Source of the DNA: Macrostomum lignano
Taxonomy: Eukaryota
DNA length: 64,000 bases
Assembly: GCA_002269645.1 (NCBI GenBank)
Contig: NIVC01001953.1
Span: 62,001 to 126,000, forward strand
Reading direction: 5' to 3'
Shown here: piece after piece, positions 39,420 to 64,000 of the stretch
Position numbering within the stretch: position 1 is the stretch's first letter
Layout: every line of letters starts with the position of its first letter
Made by a program: the position numbers and the translations under genes
Notes under the pieces: model-generated
Database searches by the model: none
Seen by the model: only the letters and a program-made list of their open reading frames with translations
Told to the model about the DNA's origin: nothing

Positions 39420-41715
39420 TTTCTTATCTGCATCTCCAATTCTCTTTATCTGCATCTCCAACTCTCTTTATCTGCAACTCCAACTCTCTTTATCTGCATC
39501 TCCAACTCTCTTTATCTGCATCTCCAACTCTCTTTATCTGCATCTCCCCTCTCTTTATCTGCATCTCCAACTCTCTTTATCTGCAACTCCAACTCTCTTT
39601 ATCTGCATCTCCCCTCTCTTTATCTGCATCTCCCCTCTCTTATCTGCATCTCCCCTCTCTTATCTGCATCTCCCCTCTCTTATCTGCATCTCCCCTCTCT
39701 TTATCTGCATCTCCCCTCTCTTTATCTGCATCTCCCCTCTCTTTATCTGCATCTCCAACTCTCTTTATCTGCATCTCCCACTCTCTTTATCTGCATCTCC
39801 CCTCTCTTATCTGCATCTCCCCTCTCTTATCTGCATCTCCCCTCTCTTTATCTGCATCTCCAACTCTCTTTATCTGCATCTCCCCTCTCTTATCTGCATC
39901 TCCCCTCTCTTATCTGCATCTCCAACTCTCTTTATCTGCATCTCCCCTCTCTTATCTGCATCTCCCCTCTCTTATCTGCATCTCCAACTCTCTTTATCTG
40001 CATCTCCAACTCTCTTATCTGCATCTCCCCTCTCTTATCTGCATCTCCAACTCTCTTTATCTGCATCTCCCCTCTCTTATCTGCATCTCCAACTCTCTTA
40101 TCTGCATCGCCAACTCTCTTATCTGCATCTCCAACTCTCTTTATCTCCATCTCCCCTCTCTTATCTGCATCGCCAACTCTCTTATCTGCATCTCCAACTC
40201 TCTTTATCTGCATCTCCCCTCTCTTATCTGCATCTCCAACTCTCTTATCTGCATCGCCAACTCTCTTATCTGCATCTCCCCTCTCTTATCTGCATCTCCA
40301 ACTCTCTTATCTGCATCTCCCCTCTCTTATCTGCATCTCCAACTCTCTTATCTGCATCTCCAACTCTCTTTATCTCCATCTCCCCTCTCTTATCTGCATC
40401 GCCAACTCTCTTATCTGCATCTCCCCTCTCTTATCTGCATCTCCCCTCTCTTATCTGCATCTCCCCTCTCTTTATCTGCATCTCCCCTCTCTTTATCTGC
40501 ATCTCCCCTCTCTTTATCTGCATCTCCAACTCTCTTTATCTGCATCTCCCACTCTCTTTATCTGCATCTCCCCTCTCTTATCTGCATCTCCCCTCTCTTA
40601 TCTGCATCTCCCCTCTCTTTATCTGCATCTCCAACTCTCTTTATCTGCATCTCCCCTCTCTTATCTGCATCTCCCCTCTCTTATCTGCATCTCCAACTCT
40701 CTTTATCTGCATCTCCCCTCTCTTATCTGCATCTCCCCTCTCTTATCTGCATCTCCAACTCTCTTTATCTGCATCTCCAACTCTCTTATCTGCATCTCCC
40801 CTCTCTTATCTGCATCTCCAACTCTCTTTATCTGCATCTCCCCTCTCTTATCTGCATCTCCAACTCTCTTATCTGCATCGCCAACTCTCTTATCTGCATC
40901 TCCAACTCTCTTTATCTCCATCTCCCCTCTCTTATCTGCATCGCCAACTCTCTTATCTGCATCTCCAACTCTCTTTATCTGCATCTCCCCTCTCTTATCT
41001 GCATCTCCAACTCTCTTATCTGCATCTCCAACTCTCTTTATCTCCATCTCCCCTCTCTTATCTGCATCGCCAACTCTCTTATCTGCATCTCCCCTCTCTT
41101 TATCTGCATCTCCCCTCTCTTATCTGCATCTCCAACTCTCTTATCTGCATCGCCAACTCTCTTATCTGCATCTCCAACTCTCTTTATCTCCATCTCCCCT
41201 CTCTTATCTGCATCGCCAACTCTCTTATCTGCATCTCCAACTCTCTTTATCTGCATCTCCCCTCTCTTATCTGCATCTCCAACTCTCTTATCTGCATCGC
41301 CAACTCTCTTATCTGCATCTCCCCTCTCTTATCTGCATCTCCAACTCTCTTATCTGCATCGCCAACTCTCTTATCTGCATCTCCAACTCTCTTTATCTGC
41401 ATCTCCCCTCTCTTATCTGCATCTCCAACTCTCTTTATCTGCATCTCCCCTCTCTTATCTGCATCTCCAACTCTCTTATCTGCATCGCCAACTCTCTTAT
41501 CTGCATCTCCAACTCTCTTTATCTGCATCTCCCCTCTCTTATCTGCATCTCCAACTCTCTTATCTGCATCGCCAACTCTCTTATCTGCATCTCCAACTCT
41601 CTTTATCTGCATCTCCCCTCTCTTATCTGCATCTCCCCTCTCTTATCTGCATCTCCAACTCTCTTATCTGCATCTCCAACTCTCTTTATCTGCATCTCCC
41701 CTCTCTTATCTGCAT
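39420..41715. repeat. 18-20-bp minisatellite (TTATCTGCATCTCCCCTCTC and variants) with block duplication
   Basis: Tandem units. Source of spurious 795-aa and 800-aa ORFs. Confidence 0.97.
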
Positions 41716-41959
41716 TTCCCCAAGAAGAGTAAAAATTTAGAGAAGCCTCTACGAACCCCGCCAGAAAGTGATTTGCACTGATCATGAATTTTTAATTAGC
41801 TTTCAATCACGCAAGCAAAACCCTGATTGGCTTGTCTCGCTAGAAATCAATTCATGCTTCTAGCTTATATTTCCAATTATTACAGAGACTGAAGCCTGGA
41901 CAACATGAGAGCAATTTCCTTTGCAGAATTTTATCCAACTTTTATCCAACTCCAACAAA

Positions 41960-42370
41960 CAGTTGCTAAGCGGAAGGGAGGGTCCAGTTGCTAAGCGGAA
42001 GGGAGGGTCCAGTTGCTAAGCGGAGAGGATGGTCCAGTTGCTAAGCGGAAGGGAGGGTCCAGTTGCTAAGCGGAAGGGAGGGTCCAGTTGCTAAGCGGAA
42101 GGGAGGGTCCAGTTGCTAAGCGGAGAGGATGGTCCAGTTGCTAAGCGGAAGGGAGGGTCCAGTTGCTAAGCGGAAGGGAGGGTCCAGTTGCTAAGCGGAA
42201 GGGAGGGTCCAGTTGCTAAGCGGAAGGGAGGGTCCAGTTGCTAAGCGGAAGGGAGGGTCCAGTTGCTAAGCGGAAGGGAGGGTCCAGTTGCTAAGCGGAA
42301 GGGAGGGTCCAGTTGCTAAGCGGAAGGGAGGGTCCAGTTGCTAAGCGGAAGGGAGGGTCCAGTTGCTAAG
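41960..42370. repeat. 25-bp minisatellite (AGTTGCTAAGCGGAAGGGAGGGTCC)
   Basis: Tandem units. Confidence 0.95.
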
Positions 42371-42780
42371 GCAAGCAAATGAATGACTCATAAAAGCACT
42401 AAAGCACATGAAGTCAGCCAGTTTATAGAACAGGTTAATAAAACCAAATATAAATGTTTATAGCAGAGCCGGAGCAAACAGGTGCACAATATTATTAAGA
42501 GTAGAAAATCCGAATGACAAATACACTGCAAAACAACACAAATAAAGATCTATCAGAGAAAAGAAATAAAAACGGTCAACAACTAACTGGTGGTCTCAGT
42601 GGCGAATCAGAGATATTTTAAGAATACATGTACAAGAAGGCAAGGCAAAGTGTCAGCTAGATAGCAACTAACGAAAAATCAATAAATCTATTAAGCTCGT
42701 GTAGTGTCGATATGAACGAGTGGCAGTTTTACATCCAACTCTAGCCATAACTATCCAGTCTCTCCTCACCAGCCCATAGA

Positions 42781-43078
42781 TAGATAGTGGTTAGAGTGTC
42801 GGACTCACTACTGAAACGTCGGGGGTTCGATTCCCGATCCAACCAGGAACAATTTGTGTCCTTGAGCAAGACACTTAACTCTGCATTGCTTCAGTTCACC
42901 CAGCTGTAAAATGGGTGCCAGCATTAGCTGGGGTAATTGAGGGTGTGTGGCGACCCCCCCATCCAGTCCTTCGACTGAACAGCCGTACGCAGCCTTCAGA
43001 TGCGCTGCGCAATGGCTGCGGCTGAGCTGTCGGTTGCACACCTGGCCATTAGGGCAGGTGTAATCAATTATTATTATT
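42781..43078 (+). mobile_element. Second copy of the tRNA-derived CORE-type SINE
   Basis: Near-identical to 1194-1520 over the CORE and 3' region. It has a B box GGTTCGATTCCC and an ATT tail. Confidence 0.87.
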
Positions 43079-43406
43079 AAAAAAATTTTATATTGCTTTC
43101 AAAAGACGAATGTTCAATGAATGTCTATGGTCCAAGTTTGCTTCTGATTCCCTAATGGGCTAGAGAGCTGAGCCACAGACTGCACTAAATTTATGGATTA
43201 TGAGTGGCGAGAGAGAGATCGGATGTATCCCCCAGTTGCTGGCTCAGCTCTGGCTCAGTCTGTGGTTAAATTGTTTATTTCAGGTATTTGCACGGATTTA
43301 TGCTAGACCGTGAGGCTCCATCCACATTTACCATAGACTACCATAGGCACCCGGTCATAGCACGCAAAATTCACGCCAGGCCAATAATCAATAGCCTGTT
43401 GCCAGA

Positions 43407-56486
<13,080 letters not shown>

Positions 56487-56529
56487 CTGAAGTGAAAAGG
56501 GGCCGGAGTTGGCGCTGATGCATCAGAGG

Positions 56530-57180
56530 ATAGAGTGGGAGATGAGGAGATAGAGTGGGAGATGGGGGATAGAATGGGTGATGAGGGGATAGAGTGGGAG
56601 ATGAGGGGATAGAATGCGAGATGAGGGGATAGAGTGGGAGATGAGGAGATAGAGTGGGAGATGAGGAGATAGAGTGGGAGATGGGGGATGGAATGGGAGA
56701 TGAGGGGATAGATCAGTGGGAGATGAGGGGATATGGGAGATGAGGGATAGAATGGGAGATGAGGGGATAGAGTGGGAGATGGGGGATGGAATGGGAGATG
56801 AGGGGATAGATCACTGGGATATGAAGGGATAGAATGGGAGATGAGGGGATAGAATGGGAGATGAGGGGATAGAATGGGAGATGAGGGGATAGAATGGGAG
56901 ATGAGGGGATAGAATGGGAGATGAGGGGATAGAATGGGAGATGAGGGGATAGAATGGGAGATGAGGGGATAGAGTGGGAGATGGGGGATGGAATGGGAGA
57001 TGAGGGGATAGAATGGGAGATGAGGGGATAGAATGGGAGATGAGGGGATAGAATGGGAGATGAGGGGATAGAATGGGAGATGAGGGGATAGAATGGGAGA
57101 TGAGGGGATAGAATGGGAGATGAGGGGATAGAATGGGAGATGAGGGGATAGAATGGGAGATGAGGGGATAGAATGGGAGA
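56530..57180. repeat. 20-bp minisatellite (GGGAGATGAGGGGATAGAAT) between MCM9 and CABLES
   Basis: Tandem units, pyrimidine-rich on the transcribed (minus) strand. Confidence 0.95.
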
Positions 57181-57279
57181 TATATAGAAGGACACGAATT
57201 TAGCTGAGATAGGGTCAAATAAAAGGAAAGATTCTCGTTATAGAAAACAGCAAAGCAAAAAGGAGGAAGACCAATAAGC

Positions 57280-57285
57280 TTTATT
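57280..57285 (-). terminator. Probable polyadenylation signal (AATAAA) of MCM9
   Basis: AATAAA ~190 nt after the stop codon, followed by a U-rich stretch. Confidence 0.55.
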
Positions 57286-57477
57286 ACAACCGAAAGTTAA
57301 AAGTCCTGCTTTCAAAAGAAAGACAGAAATGAATTGCTTGAAATTAATTAGCTTCAAAAAAGCATGCAGAGCAAAACTGGGTGGCCCCGCTTTGAAGTAA
57401 CAGTAAAAAGAGCGAAACACTGACTGAGATGGAAAACATATAAGTACATGTACTTATATCTATTGGGGAAAATGCAA

Positions 57478-60400
57478 CTACAAATCAAAATCTGACTCGT
57501 TGAGCAGTTCGTCGATGCTGAACAGTTGAGCCGCACTGGCCTCGGCGGGAGCATCTAAAGCGGATTTGGGGGCGGATTCGGGAGCGGATTTGGGGGCGGA
57601 TTCGGGAGCGGATTTGGGGGCGGATTCGGGAGCGGATTTAGGGGCGGATTTGGGGGCGGTTTTTCGCGGATCTTGGGAGCATTCAAAAGCCCTCAACTTG
57701 GCCATTGTGCCCTGAGCAAGCGGACGGCTTGAAAGACCACCGCCGCCGCCGCCTGCAGAAGCCGTTGACGAAGACGTCGTTGGCACAGCAGACAGCCGCT
57801 TGAACGCAAACCTCTGACTCGGCTGCTGACTATTGGTGATGGCGGCAGCTGGTGATGGCGGCGGCAGCATCGGAGCGCCTGAGAGCCTGCCAGAGTTCTC
57901 CGGCTGAGTCTGGTTGGTATCCATGGCAACGACAGCCGCTGTTTTTCCGCCGACGGCCTCCTTCGGCGTCTCCAGGTTGTCAATAATGTCGGGAATGTTA
58001 AAATCGTCAATGGAAAATATTGGACAAAACGCGTTGGAAGCCTTCAAACCGGAAGTGGCCGGACCGGAAGTGGCCGAACCGGAAGTACCCAGACCGGAAG
58101 TAGCCGGGCCGGAAGTAGCCCGACCGGAAGTGGCCGGAACGGAAGTGGCCGGAGGATTGAAAACTCGGTCGCTATTCTGCCCAGCCTGAAACCAGTCAGT
58201 CTGAATGTCGAACTGCAATGCGGCGCTAGACGCTGAAGAAATCGATTGAACGAGAGTATTGGCGACATTGTCAACTGCTAGCGACGACTTGGCGTTTTCC
58301 CATTTTCGCTTGTCGTTGTCCTCGTCATTGTTGTCGACGTCATCGACAATCGTGCGGCGACGCTTTGCCGGCGAAGCCGACGATGCCGAGGAGGCCAGGC
58401 GCGACTTCTCGCCGGCGCGGAACTCTTGACGCGACAGCGCCAGAACCGGCCGACCGCCCGGCGGAGACAAATTTATCACCGACGCAGCATCGATAGCGTC
58501 ACCGATCATAGTTCCAACTTCTCCGTCGACGGCGGACGCCAGCAGACGGTGCAGCCCGAGTGCGGCCAGCAGCTGGCGGGCCTCCTGAGCAAACTCGGCA
58601 TCCGGCTGCTCCGGGAAGCCGGCTAGCGGCCCGACACCCACGCCGCCGCCTCTGCCATTTCCTGGAACCAGAGCGGCGCCGACCATGGAGGCTTCAACAA
58701 CCGAGACGGCCATGAGCGCGTCCAGCAGGCTGACAGTCGGCCTGAGCATCAGCCTGGCGTGAGCTTCGGCCAGCCGGATGCAGCTCTCCAATAGGCGCGT
58801 GGTTGTCCGCGCGGCGCTACGATCGGCGCCAAGTTGATCCGGCGTCGTGGCCGCCCGCTGGCGCTGATAGTAAGCGGTCAGTACGGCGCCGGCCTCGGCT
58901 CCGATGGTCGGGTTGATGCTGCGAGCGTACGCAAAGTAGGCCTGCAGGCGCTCCAGGTTCCACACTGGCTGCCGCCGCTGCTGCTGCTGGGGTTCACTCG
59001 CTGCCGGCGCCAATGTCGGCGCGTTCTCCTTGTCGTTGGCCGGCGACTCGTTCGAGTCCTCGGAATCTTCGGGGTCGTCGCTGGAGCGGTGAAATAAGAG
59101 AAGTTGAAGATTCCAAAATCTCAAACAGCTTTTCAATTTCTATCTAGTAGCGCAATAGCAATCTCAAGTCCCCATCCCGTGTCTAATCCCAATCAACAAC
59201 AATTATCCCAATCAAATCCCTATAAAAGAACGGGGCGCACCGCTCGATAAGGGCCTTGAGCACGTGCTCAGACACGGCGGCATCCCAGGCCGGGTCGCCC
59301 CTATCCAGCATGACCAGCACGAGGTCGAAGCGGCTGAGCAGCGGGCTGGCCAGGTTGGTGTTGACGCTGAGGCTCTGGCCGGTGTCCAGCTTGCCGTGCG
59401 GGTTGGTGGCGGCCAGCACGGAGCAGCGGGTGTTGAGCTTGCACACCAGGCCGGCCTTGGCCACGGACAGGGTCTGCTGCTCCATGGCCTCGTGAATGCA
59501 GGTCCGGTCCCGCTCGCCAACGGAGTTGAACTCGTCAATGCAGCAGACTCCGCCGTCGGCCAGCACGAGAGCTCCGGCCTCCAGGGCCCACTGGCCGCCT
59601 TCGCGAACTGCGGCGGCGGTCAGGCCGGCGGCGCTGCTGCCGACTCCGGTGGTGAGCACCGAGCGGCTGGCGAGGCGGCTGGCAAAGCGCAGGAACTGCG
59701 ACTTGCCGGTGCCCGGATCGCCAATTAGCAGCAGGTGCGGCTGGCCGCGGGTCCGGTGCCCGCTCTCGGTGGACTTCTGGACACCGCCGGCCAGGGTGAG
59801 GGCGACGGCCAGTTTGGCCAGACGGAGGCCGCACAGCTGCGGGCAGATGCCGGCCAGGATTCGATCCCGGGCCAGCAGCGGCTGGTCGCCTGTAGTGGGG
59901 GAAGGGGAAGTTAGGAACCACACGTAGTTGACAGGTATGCGAATTGTGACAGCAGGGAATTGTGACAGCAGGGAATTGTGACAGCAGGGAATTGTGACAG
60001 CAGGGAATTGTGACAGTAGGGAATTGTGACAGTAGGGAATTGGAGTGACAGCTTGGAGAATCAGAGCAGGTGACAGCAGGGGGAATCAGAGCAGGTGACA
60101 GCAGGGGGAATCAAAGCAGGTGACCGCATGGGGAATCAGAGCAGGTGACATCATAGGGAATCAGAGCAGGTGACATCATGAGGAATCAGAGCAGGTGACA
60201 TCATGGGGAATCAGAACAGGTGACAGCATGGGGAATCAGAGCAGGTGACAGCAGGGGGAATCAGAACAGGTGACAACAGGGGGGAATCAGAGCAGGTGAC
60301 AGCAGGGGGAATCAGAGCAGGTGACAGCAGGGAAATCAGAACAGGTGACAACAGGGGGGAATCAGAGCAGGTGACAGCAGGGGGAATCAGAGCAGGTGAC

Positions 60401-62156
60401 AGCAGGGAAATCAGAACAGGTGACAGCAGGGGGAATCAGAACAGGTGACAGCAGGGGAATCAGAGCAGGTGACCGCATGGGGAATCAGAGCAGGTGACAG
60501 CATGGGGAATCAGAGCAGGTGACCGCATGGGGAATCAGAGCAGGTGACAGCATGGGGAATAAGAGCAGGTGACCGCATGGGGAATCAGAGCAGGTGACCG
60601 CATGGGGAATCAGAGCAGCAGCCCCCTGCAGCCCAGGCTGACCAGCGGAGGCCCAGTAGTCGTGGAACTCCTTGCGCCTCTCGTTGGTGACCAGCTGGCA
60701 GCTGCGCTGGGCGCCAAGGCTCTCCTCCAGCGCGCAGCAGCGCAGCACGAGGTCGCACTCGGCCGGCTGGCCGGGCAGCAGCGTCTGCCAGCGGCGCAGC
60801 ACAACGCCGAACACCTGGACGTCCTCGCCTGGCTGACAGGCGTCGACAAGGTCGTGCTCGAGACACACCTGCCGGGATTTGGGGTTTGAGATGGCTTTCG
60901 GGTCGAATGCTGCCATTTAAGAGAGTTGTACACATGCTCATATTCCTATATGATCCCAAATGATAATCCGATCCCATTTTATTCCAAATCCGTAACATCC
61001 TAATCCCTGCTTAATCTCAGGTTTCTCCTCAAGCCAAAAGTCCCTACTTAACTTTTAAAATCCCCGCTTAACTCTAAAATCACTACTCAACCCTAAAATC
61101 CCTACTCAATCCTAAAATATCTACTCAACCCAAAATCCCAACTTAAGTCTTACAAATCCCTACTCAACCCTAAAATCCCTGCTCAACAAAATCCCTACTC
61201 AACCCTAAAATCCCCACTCAACCCTAAAATCCCTGCTCAACCCTAAAATCCCTGCTCAACCCTAAAATCCCTACTCAACCCTAAAATCCCTACTCAACCC
61301 TAAAATCCCTGCTCAACCCTAAAATCCCCACTCAACCCTAAAATTCCTACTCAACCCTAAAATCCCTACTCAACCCTAAAATCCCCACTGAACCCTAAAA
61401 TCCCTACTCAACCCTAAAATCCCTACTCAACCCTATAATCCTTGCTCGACCCTTTAAATCCTCGGCCCCGCTCACCAGAACGCTACGCGGCACGGCGCCA
61501 ACGGGCAGGCGCTGGGGCTGCTCCTGCACCCGCATCTCCTGGTAGTTGGAGCACCTGGGCGTCTCCTCTTCGCACTGGCGAACGCTAAGGCTGCCGCAGT
61601 CGGCCAGCGGGCATCGCTTCGGCGGCTCGATTGCAAAATGCCGCTCGAACTCCGCCGGGACGGCGAAGCGCCGTCTACAACGGGCGCACTCGAATCGCCG
61701 CTCGTGCTCAACCAGCTTGTTCTCCGTCCGGCGGACCACAGTGCCAACGAAGCAGATGTACCTGCCGACATCGGCGGAGGTCGGTATGCGGCTGCGATGA
61801 TACTCAGGGATGCGAGGCAGGTCGATGAGCCGGGCGTGGACATTGGTTTTGATGGTCCAGTCGGCTTTCAGTTCGTCCGCAGCCTCCGACATCAACTGGC
61901 GACAGGCGGCCGACAGAGCGGCGTCCATGGCGGGCAGCAGGCGGAGCGGGCTGAGCAGCAGGGTGGCCAGGAGGTCGGGCATCGAGTCGTTCAACGAATG
62001 GCCGTGCAGGCGCACGGAGCGGTGCGAGTCCGGCGGCCCCGGGTCGGCGAGGATGTCGCGCAGGTCGCTGGCGTGGGTGCGAACCAAGTAAGCTTGGAAG
62101 GACGCGGTCGCCGCAGCGACATCGGGGTCGACCGTCGGAGCGGCTGACTGCTGCGA
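57478..62156 (-). CDS. MCM9: DNA helicase MCM9, 4 exons, ~1050 aa; 5' end uncertain
   Basis: Exons ~62156-61476, 60868-60643, 59889-59241 and 59080-57478 (sum 3159 nt, in frame). It has a zinc finger (FECARC...CPLADC), Walker A ([16 protein letters not shown]), Walker B (CCIDEF), an arginine finger (LLSRFDL), [23 protein letters not shown] and a long disordered C-terminal tail. [23 protein letters not shown] matches MCM9 rather than MCM2-8. Confidence 0.92.
59945..60615. repeat. 16-bp then 25/26-bp minisatellites sharing a GTGACAGCAGGG core, MCM9 intron 2
   Basis: Tandem units. Confidence 0.92.
61080..61440. repeat. ~19-bp repeat (CTCAACCCTAAAATCCCTA) containing CCCTAA, MCM9 intron 1
   Basis: Tandem units. 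Confidence 0.9.
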
Positions 62157-62606
62157 CTGCGGAGCGTTTTTTGACGATGGGGGTCTTTGTACACTGCGGG
62201 TCTTTGTACACTGCGGGTCTTTGTACACTAAGTGTTGGAAGTGTAGGTGGATCGGAATTTTGATTCTTTATTGCCTACAATGTGATATATGGGATTTCGA
62301 GTCTTTGTTCCCTAGCTATTGGCAATGTGAGATATGGGATTTCGAGTCTTTATCACAAGTTCTAGATAACATTAACCATAAGAATAATAAAAAACTACAA
62401 ATAATCACGTCGACAAGCCATGAGATTTTCCAACGCCTCGAGAACGGCTGGCCAAAGCAGTACGCACGCCTGCACATGTATTTAGTACTTAACGCACAAT
62501 CATACTACTACTGTTCAGTAGCGTTATCGAAAATATCGCCGAATTTGAAAATGCAAATAAAAAATTCAAACAAAACGATTATCAAGTCTACTTTAAGTAG
62601 CAGTAA

Positions 62607-62612
62607 TTTATT
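62607..62612 (-). terminator. Probable polyadenylation signal (AATAAA) of NOM1, overlapping its stop codon
   Basis: The minus strand reads GCTAGC TAA TAAATT, followed by a U-rich tract. Confidence 0.5.
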
Positions 62613-63463
62613 AGCTAGCAAGCGAGCGCAGCCGCTGAAGCAGCCAGTCGGCCTCCGGGCAGTTCAGCTGCCGCCCCGCCACCACCAGTCCGGCGGCCAG
62701 GCACCGGGCCACTTCCGCATCGCCGGCCAGACCCGTGAGCAGAGCCGGAAGTTCCGGCGAATCGGCGGCCCGACGCTTCAAAGCGGCGGCAAACGAAATC
62801 AAACAGACGGCGGCCGAGCTACCACCCAAAGCTGTTCCGGTTTTACTTCCGGGTTTACTTCCGGCGCCGGGAACGAGTTCGAACGGAAAGCGCGACATGA
62901 CGGCGGCTGGCGGGAGGGCGCCTGCCAGCAGGAGGTCGGCGATGAGGTCGCCCAGGCGGGCCGCCCGGTCCTGCCGGGTGTCGCCAAGGGCGCCTAGCTG
63001 GTCCCAGATAGCGCAGCGCAGCGGCATGGCGAAGCGCCGGCTACCGCGCCGGACACGCAGCAGCGCGGCGGCATAAAACGGATTGTAGCTGGCCGACTCT
63101 CGAGTCGCGCATTTCAAGGCGATGCTGGCCACGTCAGCGGCGGCCGTGGCGCCGGCAGCGGTGGACATCAGGCGGAGTAGTCGGGCAGCGGCGTCGTCGG
63201 CGTCGGCGGCGCCAACCAGTGCGGCGAAGATGGCGCGCCGCTGCGGCGTCTTCAGGCCAAGCCGGGCGGCCATGGAGTCCAGGTGCCGCTGCTGGCTCTG
63301 GTTGCCGATGGCGGACGGCGTTGCGGCGGCGGCGGTTTGGACGCTTGGTGCCGGCAAATCAGGCGCCTGCGGGGTGTAGGCGGCGCCGACCAGCCACCAG
63401 CGGCCTTTGGTTGAGGCCTCGCGAACGTCGGCGAGACCGAACTCGACTGGGGTGGCCTCCGAC
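62611..63463 (-). CDS. NOM1: Nucleolar MIF4G domain-containing protein 1 (Sgd1/NOM1), last exon with MA3 domain; the gene continues beyond the window
   Basis: Acceptor at 63465-63464 (phase 2). The translation KGRWWLVGAAY...TPQRRAIFAALVGAADADDAAARLLRL...YNPFYAAALL...RFAMPLRCAIWD matches the NOM1 GRWWxVGSAW and MA3 region. The stop is TAA at 62613-62611. Confidence 0.85.
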
Positions 63464-63534
63464 CTGAGCAGCAGTGAGGGAGGCGAAAGCGGAATAGGTA
63501 GATAGGGCTCAGTAACCCTCTGATGAGCAACTGG

Positions 63535-64000
63535 TCACACTCCCAGCACCTAGTCACACTCCCAGCACCTGGTCACACTCATAACACCTGGTCACAGTCA
63601 TAACACCTGGTTACACTCATAACACCTGGTCACAGTCATAACACCTGGTCACACTCATAACACCTGGTCACAGTCATAACACCTGGTTACACTCCCAGCA
63701 CCTGGTCACACTCCCAACACCTGGTCACACTCATAACACCTGGTCACACTCCCAGCACCTGGTCACACTCATAACACCTGGTCACACTCATAACACCTGG
63801 TCACACTCATAACACCTGGTCACAGTCATAACACCTGGTTACACTCCCAGCACCTGATCACACTCCCAGCACCTGGTCACACTCATAACACCTGGTCACA
63901 CTCCCAGCACCTGGTCACACTCATAACACCTGGTCACACTCCCAGCACCTGGTCACACTCATAACACCTGGTCACAGTCATAACACCTGGTCACACTCCC
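63535..64000. repeat. 19-bp minisatellite (CACCTGGTCACACTCCCAG/ATAA), NOM1 intron
   Basis: Tandem units up to the window edge. Confidence 0.93.

Noticed and set aside
39345-41781. 795-aa and 800-aa ORFs
   Set aside because: They are overlapping frames of a stop-free CT-rich minisatellite with no domain content.
62180-62228. Three 17-bp TGTACAAAGACCCGCAG repeats resembling the TGCACAAAGACCC core of the 1731-2778 array
   Set aside because: A 12-of-13 match is too short to claim common origin without a genome-wide search.
62221-62997. 258-aa plus-strand ORF and other antisense ORFs over MCM9, NOM1 and the integrase
   Set aside because: These are shadow ORFs of GC-rich coding sequence on the opposite strand or frame.

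Overview
This is eukaryotic (metazoan) genomic DNA. It has GC-rich spliced exons and introns packed with about 35 unrelated micro- and minisatellite arrays, a style that suggests a free-living flatworm such as Macrostomum (inference, not proven). Five protein-coding genes could be assembled by hand with consistent splice phases. (1) A minus-strand secreted protein with Cys-rich EGF-like modules and a ZP module (10 exons found, 12898 to 471, 3' end unresolved). (2) A plus-strand neuromedin-U/CAPA/pyrokinin-type GPCR (3 exons, 26754-30821). (3-5) A tight head-to-tail minus-strand trio: NOM1 (last exon only), MCM9 (4 exons) and CABLES (12 exons). Mobile DNA comprises a decayed Gypsy LTR element with a 5-bp TSD and a second LTR nested in it, plus two tRNA-derived CORE-type SINEs. 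The best lead is the NOM1-MCM9-CABLES trio. It looks like an operon, and CABLES (probably also MCM9) has no in-frame ATG but starts at a phase-0 splice acceptor, which is what a flatworm spliced leader donating its terminal AUG would need. The second lead is a 78-bp satellite unit that folds into a long hairpin and has a diverged dispersed copy preserving the pairing. Most long ORFs in the supplied track are satellite artefacts.
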